A DNA stretch of 63,878 bases, counting the filler, from Octopus bimaculoides (Eukaryota): the NCBI RefSeq assembly GCF_001194135.2. It is 5 parts of 5 records of this genome, joined end to end, with 100 filler letters (N's around TTAATTAATTAA, not from the genome) between each part and the next. Parts side by side here need not be neighbours in the genome. Positions count along the whole stretch, not along the records: positions 12,806 to 26,154 come from NC_068987.1; positions 26,255 to 36,872 come from NC_068993.1; positions 36,973 to 62,746 come from NC_068996.1; 2 more parts are not named here. One strand, written 5' to 3'. Below the pieces are notes generated by a model. The model worked only from the letters and a program-made list of their open reading frames with translations. It made no database searches and was not told where the DNA came from. Shown one piece after another: positions 24,675 to 38,263 of this stretch. The translations under genes were made by a program, and so were the position numbers. Numbering within the stretch: the first letter of the stretch is position 1; the number at the start of each line of letters is the position of its first letter.

Positions 24675-25062
24675 GTAGAGGCGCAATGGCCCAGTGGTTA
24701 GGGCAGCGGACTCGCGGTCGTAGGATCGCGGTTTCGTTTCCCAGACCGGGCGTTGTGAGTGTTTATTGAGCGAAAACACCTAAAGCTCCACTAGGCTCCG
24801 GCAGGGAATGGTGGCGAACCCTGCTGTACTCTTTCACCACAACTTTCTCTCACTCTTACTTCTTGTTTCTGTTGTACCTGTAATTCAAAGGGCCAGCCTT
24901 GTCACACTGTGTTACGCTGAACCTCCCCGAGAACTACGTTAAGGGTACACGTGTCTGTGGAGTGCTCAGCCACTTGCACGTTAATTTCACGAGCAGGCTG
25001 TTCCGTTGATCGGATCAACTGGAACCCTCGACGTCGTAAGCGACGGAGTGCCAACAACAACA
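24675..25062 (+). mobile_element. tRNA-derived SINE, head A plus tail B, full length with target-site duplication (TSD)
   Basis: A box tggcccagtgg, B box ggtttcgtttcc, tail nearly the same as family B, (AAC)n end. TSD atagtatcaga (24664-24674) / atagtattaga (25063-25073). Confidence 0.92.
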
Positions 25063-25626
25063 ATAGTATTAGAAGGGTTAATGAGGAAGGTCACATATAA
25101 TGATACAATATGGAAAAATATTCAGAAGAGCCACGTTTGGAACAGCATTGATCATATGTTTACACGTTCAGGCTCGATCGGAAGGTAAACAACAACTACA
25201 AATTTATACCGCTGTTTTTTTTTTTGTTTTTTTTTTAAATCTTAATCCTTTGAAACCATTTCACTTTGTCCTTTTAAGTTTTTCCACAAATGCATGAGTT
25301 GATATTATGGATGTAAATTCACAAAAAATGTTACCTTTTTATCACGATCTCCTGTTGAAAGTCAAATGATTTTATAAACAGGAGTCGATACGAGAAAAAT
25401 ATCACCAAGAGCAACAACAACAACAACAACAACAACAGCAGCAGCAGCAACAACAATGATAACGATGATGATGATAATAAGTTACATCAATCGATTTCAT
25501 GCCATCGGTAATCGAGCGTGTAACTACGAAACTCACAGCAAAGGTCATAAATCACGTGTAAAGTCCATGGTATCAGGATAACGAATCAAACGGGACATAG
25601 CAAGAGAACGCTGTGTCTGTGTCTGT

Positions 25627-25663
<37 letters not shown>

Positions 25664-25874
25664 CGTGCGTGTGTGTGTGTGTGCGTGTGCATGTGTGTGT
25701 GTATGTGTACACGAACACACATACATGTATATACATAAATATATATGTATATGTGTACGCACACACACATATATACACACACACATATATATATGTATGT
25801 ATATGTACATATATATACGTAGGTATATAATTATAAATATATTTATATGCATATGTATGTGTTTATATATATAC

Positions 25875-25908
<34 letters not shown>

Positions 25909-26154
25909 ATAGAGGGACAAACCGATAGGCAGATAGGTATAGAGAGAAAGGCGGGGATTAGCATTGCATGTATTTGGAAGTTAAGCTAATGCTGTTGTAC
26001 CACTTTTATTGCTATTCAGTTTCTTCATTGCTTATAATAATATCTGTATCGACATACTCTGCTTTTGTCTCATGAGTCTATTTTCAATTTGTATATACTC
26101 CACTACTATATTCACACAACACTTTTTGATAAAAAATATATCAAAATTGGAATT

Positions 26155-26254
26155 NNNNNNNNNNNNNNNNNNNNNNNNNNNNNNNNNNNNNNNNNNNNTT
26201 AATTAATTAANNNNNNNNNNNNNNNNNNNNNNNNNNNNNNNNNNNNNNNNNNNN
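26155..26254. other. Artificial assembly gap spacer N44-TTAATTAATTAA-N44
   Basis: Identical 100-bp construct. Confidence 0.97.
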
Positions 26255-26542
26255 GACCACATCCGTTCTAATCATCAGATATGCAGACATTCAGACATAC
26301 TCTGTAACAGTTAAAGTAACCAACATTCCCTAACACACACAAACACACACACACACACATATATATTGATGCACACACACACCCACGCACACACACACAC
26401 ACACACACACGTACACAAAAACAACACACTGCCTTTATCAACCACAACCCCAGCCACCTTGAATAAACACAGTACACTGACCACACCAACGCCATTACGA
26501 CTACCACAGCCACCACCGCAACCACTATCAACACAACCGATA

Positions 26543-26545
26543 CTA

Positions 26546-26591
<46 letters not shown>

Positions 26592-26641
26592 TACTACTAC
26601 TACTACCACTACTATTACTACTACTAATACTACTACTACTT

Positions 26642-26691
<50 letters not shown>
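26543..26691. repeat. (CTA)n array running into an N gap
   Basis: Directly visible. Confidence 0.96.
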
Positions 26692-27480
26692 NNNNNNNNN
26701 NNNNNNNNNNNNNNNNNNNNNNNNNNNNNNNNNNNNNNNNNNNNNNNNNNNNNNNNNNNNNNNNNNNNNNNNNNNNNNNNNNNNNNNNNNNNNNNNNNNN
26801 NNNNNNNNNNNNNNNNNNNNNNNNNNNNNNNNNNNNNNNNNNNNNNNNNNNNNNNNNNNNNNNNNNNNNNNNNNNNNNNNNNNNNNNNNNNNNNNNNNNN
26901 NNNNNNNNNNNNNNNNNNNNNNNNNNNNNNNNNNNNNNNNNNNNNNNNNNNNNNNNNNNNNNNNNNNNNNNNNNNNNNNNNNNNNNNNNNNNNNNNNNNN
27001 NNNNNNNNNNNNNNNNNNNNNNNNNNNNNNNNNNNNTCTGACTAACCTAGACACGGTATTGCAAAGATTGTAAGTCTTTAAGTATTGACTATGCAGCGCT
27101 TAATTAAACTGACCACGATATTATAGAGAAATGTAAAGAATGATGGCGGTTTTGGGTTTAATGTGCTGGCGATGGATGGTGGTGGTGGTGAGGGTGGTGG
27201 TGATTGGGATAGTGACGTGGACGTTCGTAAGATAGCGGCGGCGATGGTGCCAGCAGTACTTTTGGTGGCGATGATGGAGAAGGCTGGTGCTTAATCGTCT
27301 ACTGGCAAGCTGGTTGGTCGGCTGGCTGGTTGGTTGGCTGACGGGCGGGAATGTGGTCTAGTTGGCTGTTTGCTGTTCAGGTCAGTCCTGCTCCAGTAGA
27401 TAGATCTACGAACAAAAGGCATTCCTAGCGTGACCATACCGTTCTATTTCGTTTTTAATTCTTTCAGAAATATTGGTTAC

Positions 27481-27688
27481 AAATTTTGGCACAAGGCCAG
27501 CAATTTAGGGGAAGGCGATTTAACCGATTTCATCGACCCCAGAGTTCGACTGGTACTTATTTTATCGACCCCGAAACGATAAAAGGCGAAGTCGACTTCA
27601 GTGAAGTTTGAACTCAGAACGTAAAGACGTACAAAATGTCGCTGTGCATTTTTGTCCGGCGTGGTAACGATTCTGCCAGAATGCCGCC
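27481..27688 (-). mobile_element. SINE family C2
   Basis: The reverse complement matches the 59288 copy from head to tail. Confidence 0.88.
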
Positions 27689-27719
27689 CAATTCCTTACA
27701 GGTATTTTGTAGTGTATTA

Positions 27720-28015
27720 TTCGACAGTGATTTGGCTGTGGTTTCTAACAGGTCAAGCAACTAGTTACAGTCTCCTACTTTATTATTGAATTTATTTTTC
27801 TAGTTCTTTAACCCCAGGTTACTTTTGATCCAGTAGAACTATAATAGGAACCTTTCTATCCGTGACCATCCTGTCATTATATTTCTTTTTCTTTTCTTTT
27901 TTGATTTCTTTTTATATACAAAGAATTCAAGATCACATTAACCAAAGTAACCGCGTTCTTAAGACGGTAAGGTGTGATTTGAGATAGATTTGACTGCTAT
28001 TTCTAGTAGGGCCCA
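27720..28015 (+). mobile_element. Fragments of an unclassified interspersed repeat
   Basis: The motif gattt(g)gctgctatttctagcagg recurs at 27728 and 27988 and, inverted, near 9510 and 12080; ccgtgaccatcc recurs at 27430 and 27860. Confidence 0.45.
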
Positions 28016-28588
28016 CCTGCTATCCAAAGGCGCCCACATTGTCAATGGCGGTGAAAATGATCTGTAGGAGAGCATGTTTCATATGATACAACGAGAAGTG
28101 CTGGCATTCATGATAGTATTACTATTGCTCATATTTAGAACCAAAGTCAGGATTGAATGAAAATGTTCCATCACTTCTCATTCTAAATGTAAACCTACGT
28201 AATCCATTCATCATCTGCTTTTTAAGTCTACGGAGAGATTTTATAACAGACAATTCTACTGCTTCTGCCTCCTAGCGGTGTGTTTACATTTAATTTGATA
28301 TACAGATTGGGAATGTTAAAGAAAGATAGTGACCAGGCACGTGCCGTCAATATTTACTCAGGGTAGGCACTTGGCGAAATTTATGTAGTAAAACACATAA
28401 AAAAAAAAATAAGCGAAACACAGGCGCGCGACTGAGTTGAAGGCAGATCTATTTCTGCCTTTATAGCACGTAAAGAAAACTTTGTTATAGAAATGTACGC
28501 CGCACGTGTACTACAGCAATACTAAGCGTAGCTTAAAGACAGAGATTGAAAGGCAGGGACCAATTATGCCTTCCTAATCTGCAAAAAA

Positions 28589-28890
28589 GTGGAGGCGCAA
28601 TGGACCAGTGTTTAGGGCAGCGGACTTGCGGTCGGTAGATCGAGGTTTCGATATCCAGACCGGGCGTTGTGTGTGTTTATTGAGCAAAAAACACCTGAAG
28701 ATCCACGAGGTTCCGGCAGGGGCTGGTGGCGATCCCTGTTGTACTCTTTCGCCCCAACATTCTCTCACTTTTCCTTCCTGTTTCTTGAGTAAAAAACCGT
28801 AATGGACTGGCGTCCCGTCACTAGTGGGAGACACATACGCCATGGAAACCGGGAAACCGGTCCTACGCCTCACAAGGGGCTAAGAGGATT
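28589..28890 (+). mobile_element. tRNA-derived SINE, head A plus a different tail (H)
   Basis: The first ~195 bp align with the 24675 copy; the sequence then switches to gatggactggcgtcccgtc...catggaaaccgggaaaccgg. Confidence 0.85.
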
Positions 28891-28978
28891 TCCATTCCAA
28901 TCTACAAAAAAGTCAAATATTTTGCATTTCATGCACAGTAATCATACACACACTCACACACACACACACACACACACG

Positions 28979-29014
<36 letters not shown>

Positions 29015-29439
29015 NNNNNNNNNNNNNNNNNNNNNNNNNNNNNNNNNNNNNNNNNNNNNNNNNNNNNNNNNNNNNNNNNNNNNNNNNNNNNNNNNNNNNA
29101 CACAAACACACACACGAATAATTTACGTAAAAACTATTTCTATTCGAATATCTTGTCGCTTACGCTAAATTACTCTCCGTCACACACACACACGCATCCA
29201 CAAAGAAGTACACGCAAAAAAAAAGAGATGCCTTGCTGTCTTACATTAACCAAGTGAAGCGGACATTTTTGACGGGAAGTATAGTCAACCACTGTAGGTA
29301 GAATATAACTATCAAATGTTTCTTTCTCGCTTGCCATTTATCTCTAGTTACATACACGTCTTACAGGTCCTACCGTCACGTTTCAATTGAGAAGCTTCAA
29401 CAGAAGATATTGTCACGCACTATATATCGCCATGACTAT

Positions 29440-29566
29440 TCTTCTATTCTTTTATTTGTTTAAGTCATTTGACTGCGGCCAGGCTGGAGCACCGCCTTTA
29501 GCCGAGCAAATCGACTCCAGGACTTATTTCTTGTAAGTCTAGTACTTATTCTATCAGTACGTTTTG
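29440..29566 (-). mobile_element. SINE family D 3' segment
   Basis: Reverse complement of the D tail seen at 56660-56748. Confidence 0.82.
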
Positions 29567-29648
29567 TCCTGGAATCCATTTATTCGACCAAAGGCGGTGC
29601 TCCAGCATGGCTGCAGTCAAATTACTGAAACAAATAGAAGAGTAAAAT
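29567..29648 (+). mobile_element. SINE family D 3' tail, inverted relative to its neighbour
   Basis: tcctgg...ttcgac(t)aaaggcggtgctccagcatggc(c)gcagtcaaat(g)actgaaac. Confidence 0.82.
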
Positions 29649-29659
29649 TAAGACAGCTT

Positions 29660-29840
29660 AGATAATGTCGATATGTTTCGGCCAAAGATTTGGTCCAAGC
29701 CATGTCTAACTCAATAGCGCTACCTGGTATGGAACCGTTAAGTTACTATTCACTCTCGTTGTGTGGTATCATGGATCACTGAAAGATGGATTTGCTATTG
29801 ACTGAGATCTATCCAGGTATAGGTGGCTTATCTACTATAA
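29660..29840 (-). mobile_element. Degenerate 3' end of the LINE seen at 46810
   Basis: Shares gatatgtttcg(a)ccaaagattggtccaagccatgtctaact and tatccaggtat(g)ggtggctt. Confidence 0.65.
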
Positions 29841-30239
29841 CAAATATTCTAAAGGCCACATACAGGAACACATGCACATACCATGCCCCAACGCAAACAG
29901 ATGTACGCTTTCTCACTATCGCTGATCACATCTTTGTATTCCTGTGTTTCTTTTTGTTGTTGTTGTTTTTTTCCTGAATGCCATATATTGAGTTTTACCT
30001 TTTGTATTAGTCATTCTATAACATTCTTGTTCGTTTATTCTGCTCTCTTCATTAGCTCATAATACTTCACTCTTAACAATTCCTATGCACATATTTAACT
30101 AATTAACATTTTGCCGAAGCAGTCTGAACAGCTCTTTGCTGTGAGGCTTCGAAGTCACTATCAACTTTCTAAGTTATATACTTGAGTCAGCATTCCGCTT
30201 CCAGCTTTTTATTAGTTATCGTTTGTCAATAATACACAA

Positions 30240-30282
<43 letters not shown>

Positions 30283-31171
30283 GTATGTATCATGTACATA
30301 TATATGTATCTNNNNNNNNNNNNNNNNNNNNNNNNNNNNNNNNNNNNNNNNNNNNNNNNNNNNNNNNNNNNNNNNNNNNNNNNNNNNNNNNNNNNNNNNN
30401 NNNNNNNNNNNNNNNNNNNNNNNNNNNNNNNNNNNNNNNNNNNNNNNNNNNNNNNNNNNNNNNNNNNNNNNNNNNNNNNNNNNNNNNNNNNNNNNNNNNN
30501 NNNNNNNNNNNNNNNNNNNNNNNNNNNNNNNNNNNNNNNNATATATACGTATATATATATATACATATATAGATATACACATATATATATATACATACAT
30601 ATATAGATATACACATATATATTTACATACACACACATATATATATACATACAAATATATCAACCTATCAATGTGTATACACACAAATGGATATATACTT
30701 ACATACCTAGATGAAATCTCGCAAATATATTACACGAACAAAAAGCCAGACAACCAAATATCCAGCCAACCAACAAAAAACTTCAGCCAGTCAGCCAACG
30801 GCTATCGATCTGTCTTTTCCTTTCCATATATATATATGTGTGTGTGTATGTGTGTGTGTGCATACGTAAGCTAGATGTCCCGTGAGCCATCGCCAACCAG
30901 CCTAACTGAAAAGAACTTCGCTTCTTTTTGCTCGTAGCTAAGTAAATGGGGTTGGCTGCAAAGACATTTACTAATACATTTGGTGATTTTTCTCGTCGCT
31001 TCAGCAAGCATGGTCTGAATATGTCATTTCTTTCTGTTCCTTGGATTGCAATTATTAATGGTAAAATGTTTTTGGTTTTATAGCTGGTTTTCTTAGGCAA
31101 TTTTATTTTTTTTTACTTTCTTATTCTTCTGTCTTCTGTGATATGGACAAAACTTCCATATATATATATAC

Positions 31172-31172
31172 A

Positions 31173-31211
<39 letters not shown>

Positions 31212-31212
31212 G

Positions 31213-31266
<54 letters not shown>

Positions 31267-31280
31267 GTTATTATTATCAT
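31172..31280. repeat. (TAT)n array
   Basis: Directly visible. Confidence 0.96.
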
Positions 31281-31727
31281 TATATACTTCATATATATGT
31301 ATATTATTCTTATTTTCATTCCTGAAAAGAATTACGACTCGATGGAAAACGAATGGACAGGTCCATGGAATGAGTAAAGATATTCATTTTGCTATCTTTC
31401 CCTTTATTCAATATTATTCTGCTGTCTCTCCGTCCGTCCGTCTGCCTGTCCATCTGTCTCACTGTCCGTCTGCCCGCCTGCCCGTATGTCCGTCTGTTCG
31501 TCTGTCCGTTCCTACGTTGGTTTACTCATTCGTTCAGCTGTTCAACTGTACGGCCGTTCATGGACAAAATTCATTCATTTAATCTTTTACTCATTCTTTC
31601 ATTCACAGCCTGACGAGGAATGCGTTTGTCTGCATATCAAGGTTGCACCGTCCTTATACACCACGCAAACACAGAATGACACACACTCTCTCTGCCTCTA
31701 TCTCAATCTCAATCTCTCTCTCTCTCA

Positions 31728-31778
<51 letters not shown>

Positions 31779-32735
31779 GCATACACATACAGAAACACAT
31801 ACATACATATACGTTTCTCTGGGTTATTCCAACCGTCTTTTTTCTTCCTTTATTTCTTTCTTCTTTGTTCCTTTTTCTACCTTNNNNNNNNNNNNNNNNN
31901 NNNNNNNNNNNNNNNNNNNNNNNNNNNNNNNNNNNNNNNNNNNNNNNNNNNNNNNNNNNNNNNNNNNNNNNNNNNNNNNNNNNNNNNNNNNNNNNNNNNN
32001 NNNNNNNNNNNNNNNNNNNNNNNNNNNNNNNNNNNNNNNNNNNNNNNNNNNNNNNNNNNNNNNNNNNNNNNNNNNNNNNNNNNNNNNNNNNNNNNNNNNN
32101 NNNNNNNNNNNNNNNNNNNNNNNNNNNNNNNNNNNNNNNNNNNNNNNNNNNNNNNNNNNNNNNNNNNNNNNNNNNNNNNNNNNNNNNATATATATATATA
32201 CGTATACACATTTATATGCATACATATGTGTGTATACATATATATGTGTATATACAAGCATGTATATATGTATGTATGTAAGTATGTATATAGATACAAA
32301 TATATACTTACGTTTATACATATATACATGTACATATAGATATACATATATATACACACATACATACACAAATATACACACATATATACATATAAAATAG
32401 AAGACTGCGGTTACCCGCATTACACTGCATAACACGTAATTCTAAATGTATATATATATATATATGCATACATACATTCAGTTATACATGTATGTATGCA
32501 TATACATGTGTTTGTGTGTATGCATATAAACGACGAAAGTGAATGAAGTAGGTGCATAAATCTGGGCAAATATGTTTATAATAAATCTATATATTCTATA
32601 TATATTTCCTGGAATCCTATTTATAGCTCGTATATACGCATAACATTTTACACATATGTATGAACCAGTTATCACCATGCATTATAGACTGGCTTGCAAT
32701 TATTTACTCTGAAAGGCGAATTCCGATGGACGTAG

Positions 32736-32787
<52 letters not shown>

Positions 32788-33535
32788 AGGCGAATATGAT
32801 GTATCTAGGCGAATGACATTTAGGCATTTTATGGCGTACTGATATTCCTATTTTGGGGAATCGTAGACAGCATGGAACTAGCAATATTCTCGCATCTGTC
32901 TTTTGTTGCTGGTGATCACAACTCCACACTAATGTTAATAATTTCATGAATATTTGAGATACATTTAAACATCGTGCGATGTCCAAGAAATACTGAAAGT
33001 GTATTATTCTTATTCGACTGCAGCTTCCAAGAATATTAATTTAGATTTATTTTATAGGGAATAAATAAAGTGTTTATGCAGAATTTATCACAAAAGTAAA
33101 ACTTAATTTCTTACAAACAAATACAACAATTTGATGGTCTAAATATATGCTGACGATCTGGTGAAATTACAGAAACGTACATTTATTATACTACGTGTAT
33201 TGATCTTTTGGTATATGCATGTGATAATGATCTGATAACGGTATATATATATATGTATATATATATACACATGTATATGCATATATATAGACGTATGTAT
33301 ATATATATATGTATATATATGTACATATATATACCCACATAATACCATCATGCATACATATGTACAAATATAGGGGAATAACAGTTAATTCCTGTACATT
33401 TTTTCTGTCTCCATTTTCCTTCGTTCTCCTGGCAATTTTCCTTCACAGCCCTTTGATAAAATTATTTTATAAAAATTATTTGGTAAAATAATGTGCACGG
33501 AATTTAATCCACATGATTAAATGATATGCTGTCTT

Positions 33536-33584
<49 letters not shown>

Positions 33585-33669
33585 NNNNNNNNNNNNNNNN
33601 NNNNNNNNNNNNNNNNNNNNNNNNNNNNNNNNNNNNNNNNNNNNNNNNNNNNNNNNNNNNNNNNNATAT

Positions 33670-33671
<2 letters not shown>

Positions 33672-33733
<62 letters not shown>

Positions 33734-33752
33734 TTAGATAGATAGATAGATA
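33672..33752. repeat. (GATA)n array
   Basis: Directly visible; similar arrays at 37372-37445, 42318-42373 and 61806-61846. Confidence 0.96.
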
Positions 33753-34586
33753 ATCAAATACAACTCAATGCTTGATGTAGAAAATATGTGGAAACTTTGA
33801 GCAAAACAAAAACTCATCACCGAAGTTAGACGAGCTAACCCTCTGCGAATTGAAAATATAGTATTGACCAAAACTGCACACATACTACGTTGAGTCATTT
33901 TCAATCTAAATATGAATCAGAGTGTTAGGTTCATCATAAACTCAAGGATCTCTAGGGACCTCATAATATTAGCTCACTTTGTAAAGCGTATAATTGTTTG
34001 AAATTACAACACTTCTCTCTGAACGGGTTGCCGATTCGTCGCAAGGTGGAAGTAAAGAAAACTAGTAATTTAATGCAAAATGATCTGAAAGCGGGCTTTC
34101 TGTACCTGATTTAAATTATATTTCAAATGTGTATATACCTCAGGGATATTCAACACAAAGTTGTATGTGAAAATCATGTATTTCGTCCCGTAAATATGAG
34201 CTTTTGTGGGCCTCAGTATATGGATAGCCAGAAGCAAATATCCTGGAAATTTCTCATTTTCGCCTCAAGCCATATATAATAATCATACAGAAAAATGCAT
34301 AAAACCAAAGGATGAAAGAATAATATAAATGATGATAATAACATGATAAATTAATAATAATTTACTATTAATAATACTTGTAATAATAACAATAACTATA
34401 ATTATTAATTACTTCAAATTTTGGTACAAGACCAGTAAATATGCAGGAAGGGCTACTCAGTTGCAGTCATTCAGTTCATCGCCTTAATAATAATTATTAA
34501 CACCAATATGTATATACATATGTATATATCTATCTATCTACCAATATTTATATATATATATTCACACACATATATATTTATATGTA

Positions 34587-34628
<42 letters not shown>

Positions 34629-34794
34629 NNNNNNNNNNTATATATATATATACACACACACATATATATATATATACATATACATGTATATATATATGTG
34701 TATACATACATACACTCATACACAGGCAACGTATATGTATGTATAGGTGTGTTTGTGTATATATATATGTATGTGCATCTATGTGTGTGCATAT

Positions 34795-35088
34795 GTGCAG
34801 GAGTAGCTGTGTGGTAAGAAGCTTGCTTCCCAACAACATGGTTGCTGGTTCAGTCAGACCACTGCGTAGCACTTTTGGTCAAGTGTCTTCTACTATAGCT
34901 TCGGGCTGACCAAAGCATTGTTAGTGAATTTGTCTGGCGGAAACTAAAAGAACCCCTCGTATATATGCATATATATGTGTATGTGTGTGTGGATGTGGGT
35001 GTGTATTTGTTATGTGTTTGTTTGTCTCCCCCGCTATCGCTTGACAACCGATTTTGGCGTGTTTACGTTCTTGTAACTTAGCGGTTCA
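34795..35088 (+). mobile_element. SINE family D with internal TA/TG microsatellite
   Basis: Head gtgcaggagtagctgtgtggtaagaagcttgcttcccaac, cttgg(g)caagtgtctt body, short TG spacer, then cgcttgacaaccga...gtaacttagcggttc. Confidence 0.85.
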
Positions 35089-35089
35089 A

Positions 35090-35152
<63 letters not shown>

Positions 35153-35398
35153 GTATATATGAGTATAGATAGATATGTATTGAGTACTTACTTCTTGATT
35201 CGTTGACAATAATTGCGCATGCATATGTATGTGGGTATACCCTAAATGCATACACATACATACACACGTACGTGTTTCTATATATATGTGTGTGAGTGTG
35301 TGTGTGTATGTCTATATATATATATATATATCCGAATATATATATATGTATATCTATCTACCTATCTATCTATCTATATCTATATCTATATATCTATA

Positions 35399-35436
<38 letters not shown>

Positions 35437-36138
35437 GCACTACACACAAACACACACACACGCATTATTTTCCACGTTATATAAACTAAATCCGTTCTCA
35501 ACCGTTAGGAATGGAAAAAATTTTAAAAACGCCGAAGGAAGCAAAACAAACAAAAAGAGATATCCTCCACATGCATACACAAGACATAAGCCATTATTCC
35601 CTCAATATTTGGTGCATTTATTGCAAAGAAACATTTATACAGGGTCATCTAAATTCCTCAAATAATTCTTTATGCAACACCAAATTGTCAGGTTAGGTCT
35701 ATTATAAAAAGAAAGACAATTTCCCGATGGAGTACCTGCTTGCATTGCTAAATCCCAGAATTTTTCGAAATCCCTGTAAGATTCACCTTTGCGGATTTTT
35801 TTCTTTCTTTTCTCTTCCTTTCTTTCTTTCTTTGTTTTTTTTCATTTTTTTTTCCATTTGCTTTAGTGGGGAATGAGGGGATGATAATAATTCTTCTGAA
35901 TTCCCTACAAACACAGACGCAGGCATTGACTCACATATATATATAGGTATTTAGGGACCATTATCTACACACACACGCATATATATATAAACATATACAC
36001 ACACATATATATTTATATGTATGTACATAAGTATATATATATATATATGTATATGCAATGACGTACACACATTTGTATACATATATATATACACAAATAT
36101 ACACACACACACATATATAAACGTATATATATAAATAT

Positions 36139-36189
<51 letters not shown>

Positions 36190-36872
36190 CGTTTATATAT
36201 ATATATAAATATATAAACGTATACAAGTATGTTTGTATGTATGTACGTGTTTACGTATATTTATAAATTCTTCCGTCAGTGCATTTTCCTTGTTGTTGTT
36301 TGTATTTTTGGTTTACGTTGTATATATTTTTTCCTATTCTCATCTTCTTTTTGTACATTTTCCTCTTTACGCACTTCTTTCGTATCAATCCTCTCCCGGT
36401 CCACTTACTGCTCTTGTTTGTTTTCTTGTTTCTCTTTTGTTACTTTTTTCATTCTGTTCATGCTTTACTTCTATTGTTTTACATTTTGTTTCAGGGTTCC
36501 CTTGTATATTTTTTTTGTGTGTGTTTTTGTTTTTTGTCTAAGTAAATCCAACTTTGGCGCATGTCTCTCCTCTCTCGACATTAGAAGTTTTTAACCAATA
36601 ATTCCGTGAACGCTCTTTTCTAACCCTCAACACGGATTACAGTGTACGGGGTACAGGGGAAATTTTTTATTCTTACAGCATACGTAATGGTAGCGGCAGC
36701 AGCGGCAGCAGCGACAGCAGCAACTTTACTAGTGGTAGCAGCAGCAGCAGTGGCAGCAGCAGCAGTGGCAGCAGCAGCAGCAGTAGTAGTAGTAACAGCT
36801 GCGGCATGAACAGTCGCTAATGCTGTATTTGCTTTCCATTGTTCTTGTCTCTCGTAAGGTGGTGACGTTTAA

Positions 36873-36972
36873 NNNNNNNNNNNNNNNNNNNNNNNNNNNN
36901 NNNNNNNNNNNNNNNNTTAATTAATTAANNNNNNNNNNNNNNNNNNNNNNNNNNNNNNNNNNNNNNNNNNNN
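36873..36972. other. Artificial assembly gap spacer N44-TTAATTAATTAA-N44
   Basis: Identical 100-bp construct. Confidence 0.97.
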
Positions 36973-37084
36973 TACATGCAACAGACGCGGAGTTAGATTA
37001 AAAACGCCATTTATGTATTGTATATATATATATATACAATACATAAATGGCGTTTTTAATCTAACTCCGCGTCTGTTGCATGTA
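36973..37084. repeat. Perfect 112-bp palindrome centred on (TA)8
   Basis: The 48-bp arms are exact reverse complements; it starts at the gap edge. Confidence 0.95.
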
Positions 37085-37370
37085 ATGGGTTTTTACTCAG
37101 CAGGTCTGTAATCTACGTCGCCAGTGGATGTTTTTCACCAGTCAGAAATGTATCTAAGGTCTTCATTTACCAATGCTGTGACGAGTCCCACCTCCTTTAT
37201 CATATAAGAGTTGTGATTTAAAACACATCGCGCCCACAAGAGAGACTGTCTGCGGAAGAATATCATTGTAAATTTTGCCAATCACGTTGAATTTACATTA
37301 AGTACGATACATAAGTGACTATTTTTATCTAATTCTGCTCCTTTTGCTTGTAATATATATATATATATAT

Positions 37371-37445
<75 letters not shown>

Positions 37446-38230
37446 NNNNNNNNNNNNNNNNNNNNNNNNNNNNNNNNNNNNNNNNNNNNNNNNNNNNNNN
37501 NNNNNNNNNNNNNNNNNNNNNNNNNNNNNNNNNNNNNNNNNNNNNNNNNNNNNNNNNNNNNNNNNNNNNNNNNNNNNNNNNNNNNNNNNNNNNNNNNNNN
37601 NNNNNNNNNNNNNNNNNNNNNNNNNNNNNNNNNNNNNNNNNNNNNNNNNNNNNNNNNNNNNNNNNNNNNNNNNNNNNNNNNNNNNNNNNNNNNNNNNNNN
37701 NNNNNNNNNNNNNNNNNNNNNNNNNNNNNNNNNNNNNNNNNNNNNNNNNNNNNNNNNNNNNNNNNNNNNNNNNNNNNNNNNNNNNNNNNNNNNNNNNNNN
37801 NNNNNNNNNNNNNNNNNNNNNNNNNNNNNNNNNNNNNNNNNNNNNNNNNNNNNNNNNNNNNNNNNNNNNNNNNNNNNNNNNNNNNNNNNNNNNNNNNNNN
37901 NNNNNNNNNNNNNNNNNNNNNNNNNNNNNNNNNNNNNNNNNNNNNNNNNNNNNNNNNNNNNNNNNNNNNNNNNNNNNNNNNNNNNNNNNNNNNNNNNNNN
38001 NNNNNNNNNNNNNNNNNNNNNNNNNNNNNNNNNNNNNNNNNNNNNNNNNNNNNNNNNNNNNNNNNNNNNNNNNNNNNNNNNNNNNNNNNNNNNNNNNNNN
38101 NNNNNNNNNNNNNNNNNNNNNNNNNNNNNNNNNNNNNNNNNNNNNNNNNNNNNNNNNNNNNNNNNNNNNNNNNNNNNNNNNNNNNNNNNNNNNNNNNNNN
38201 NNTGTGTGTGTGTGTGTGTGTGTGTGTGTT

Positions 38231-38263
<33 letters not shown>

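Noticed and set aside
31608-31655. Hammerhead (ctgacgagg...) or short exon (PDEECVCLHIK)
   Set aside because: There is no downstream GAAA core, and the donor aag|gttgca is weak.
35511-35696. C2H2 zinc-finger-like CIYCKETF motif
   Set aside because: The histidine ligands and spacing are missing, and no tandem fingers or linkers are present.
37178-37200. tgacgagtccc resembling a schistosome-type hammerhead
   Set aside because: The C3-U4 spacing is broken and there is no ggacGAAA partner.
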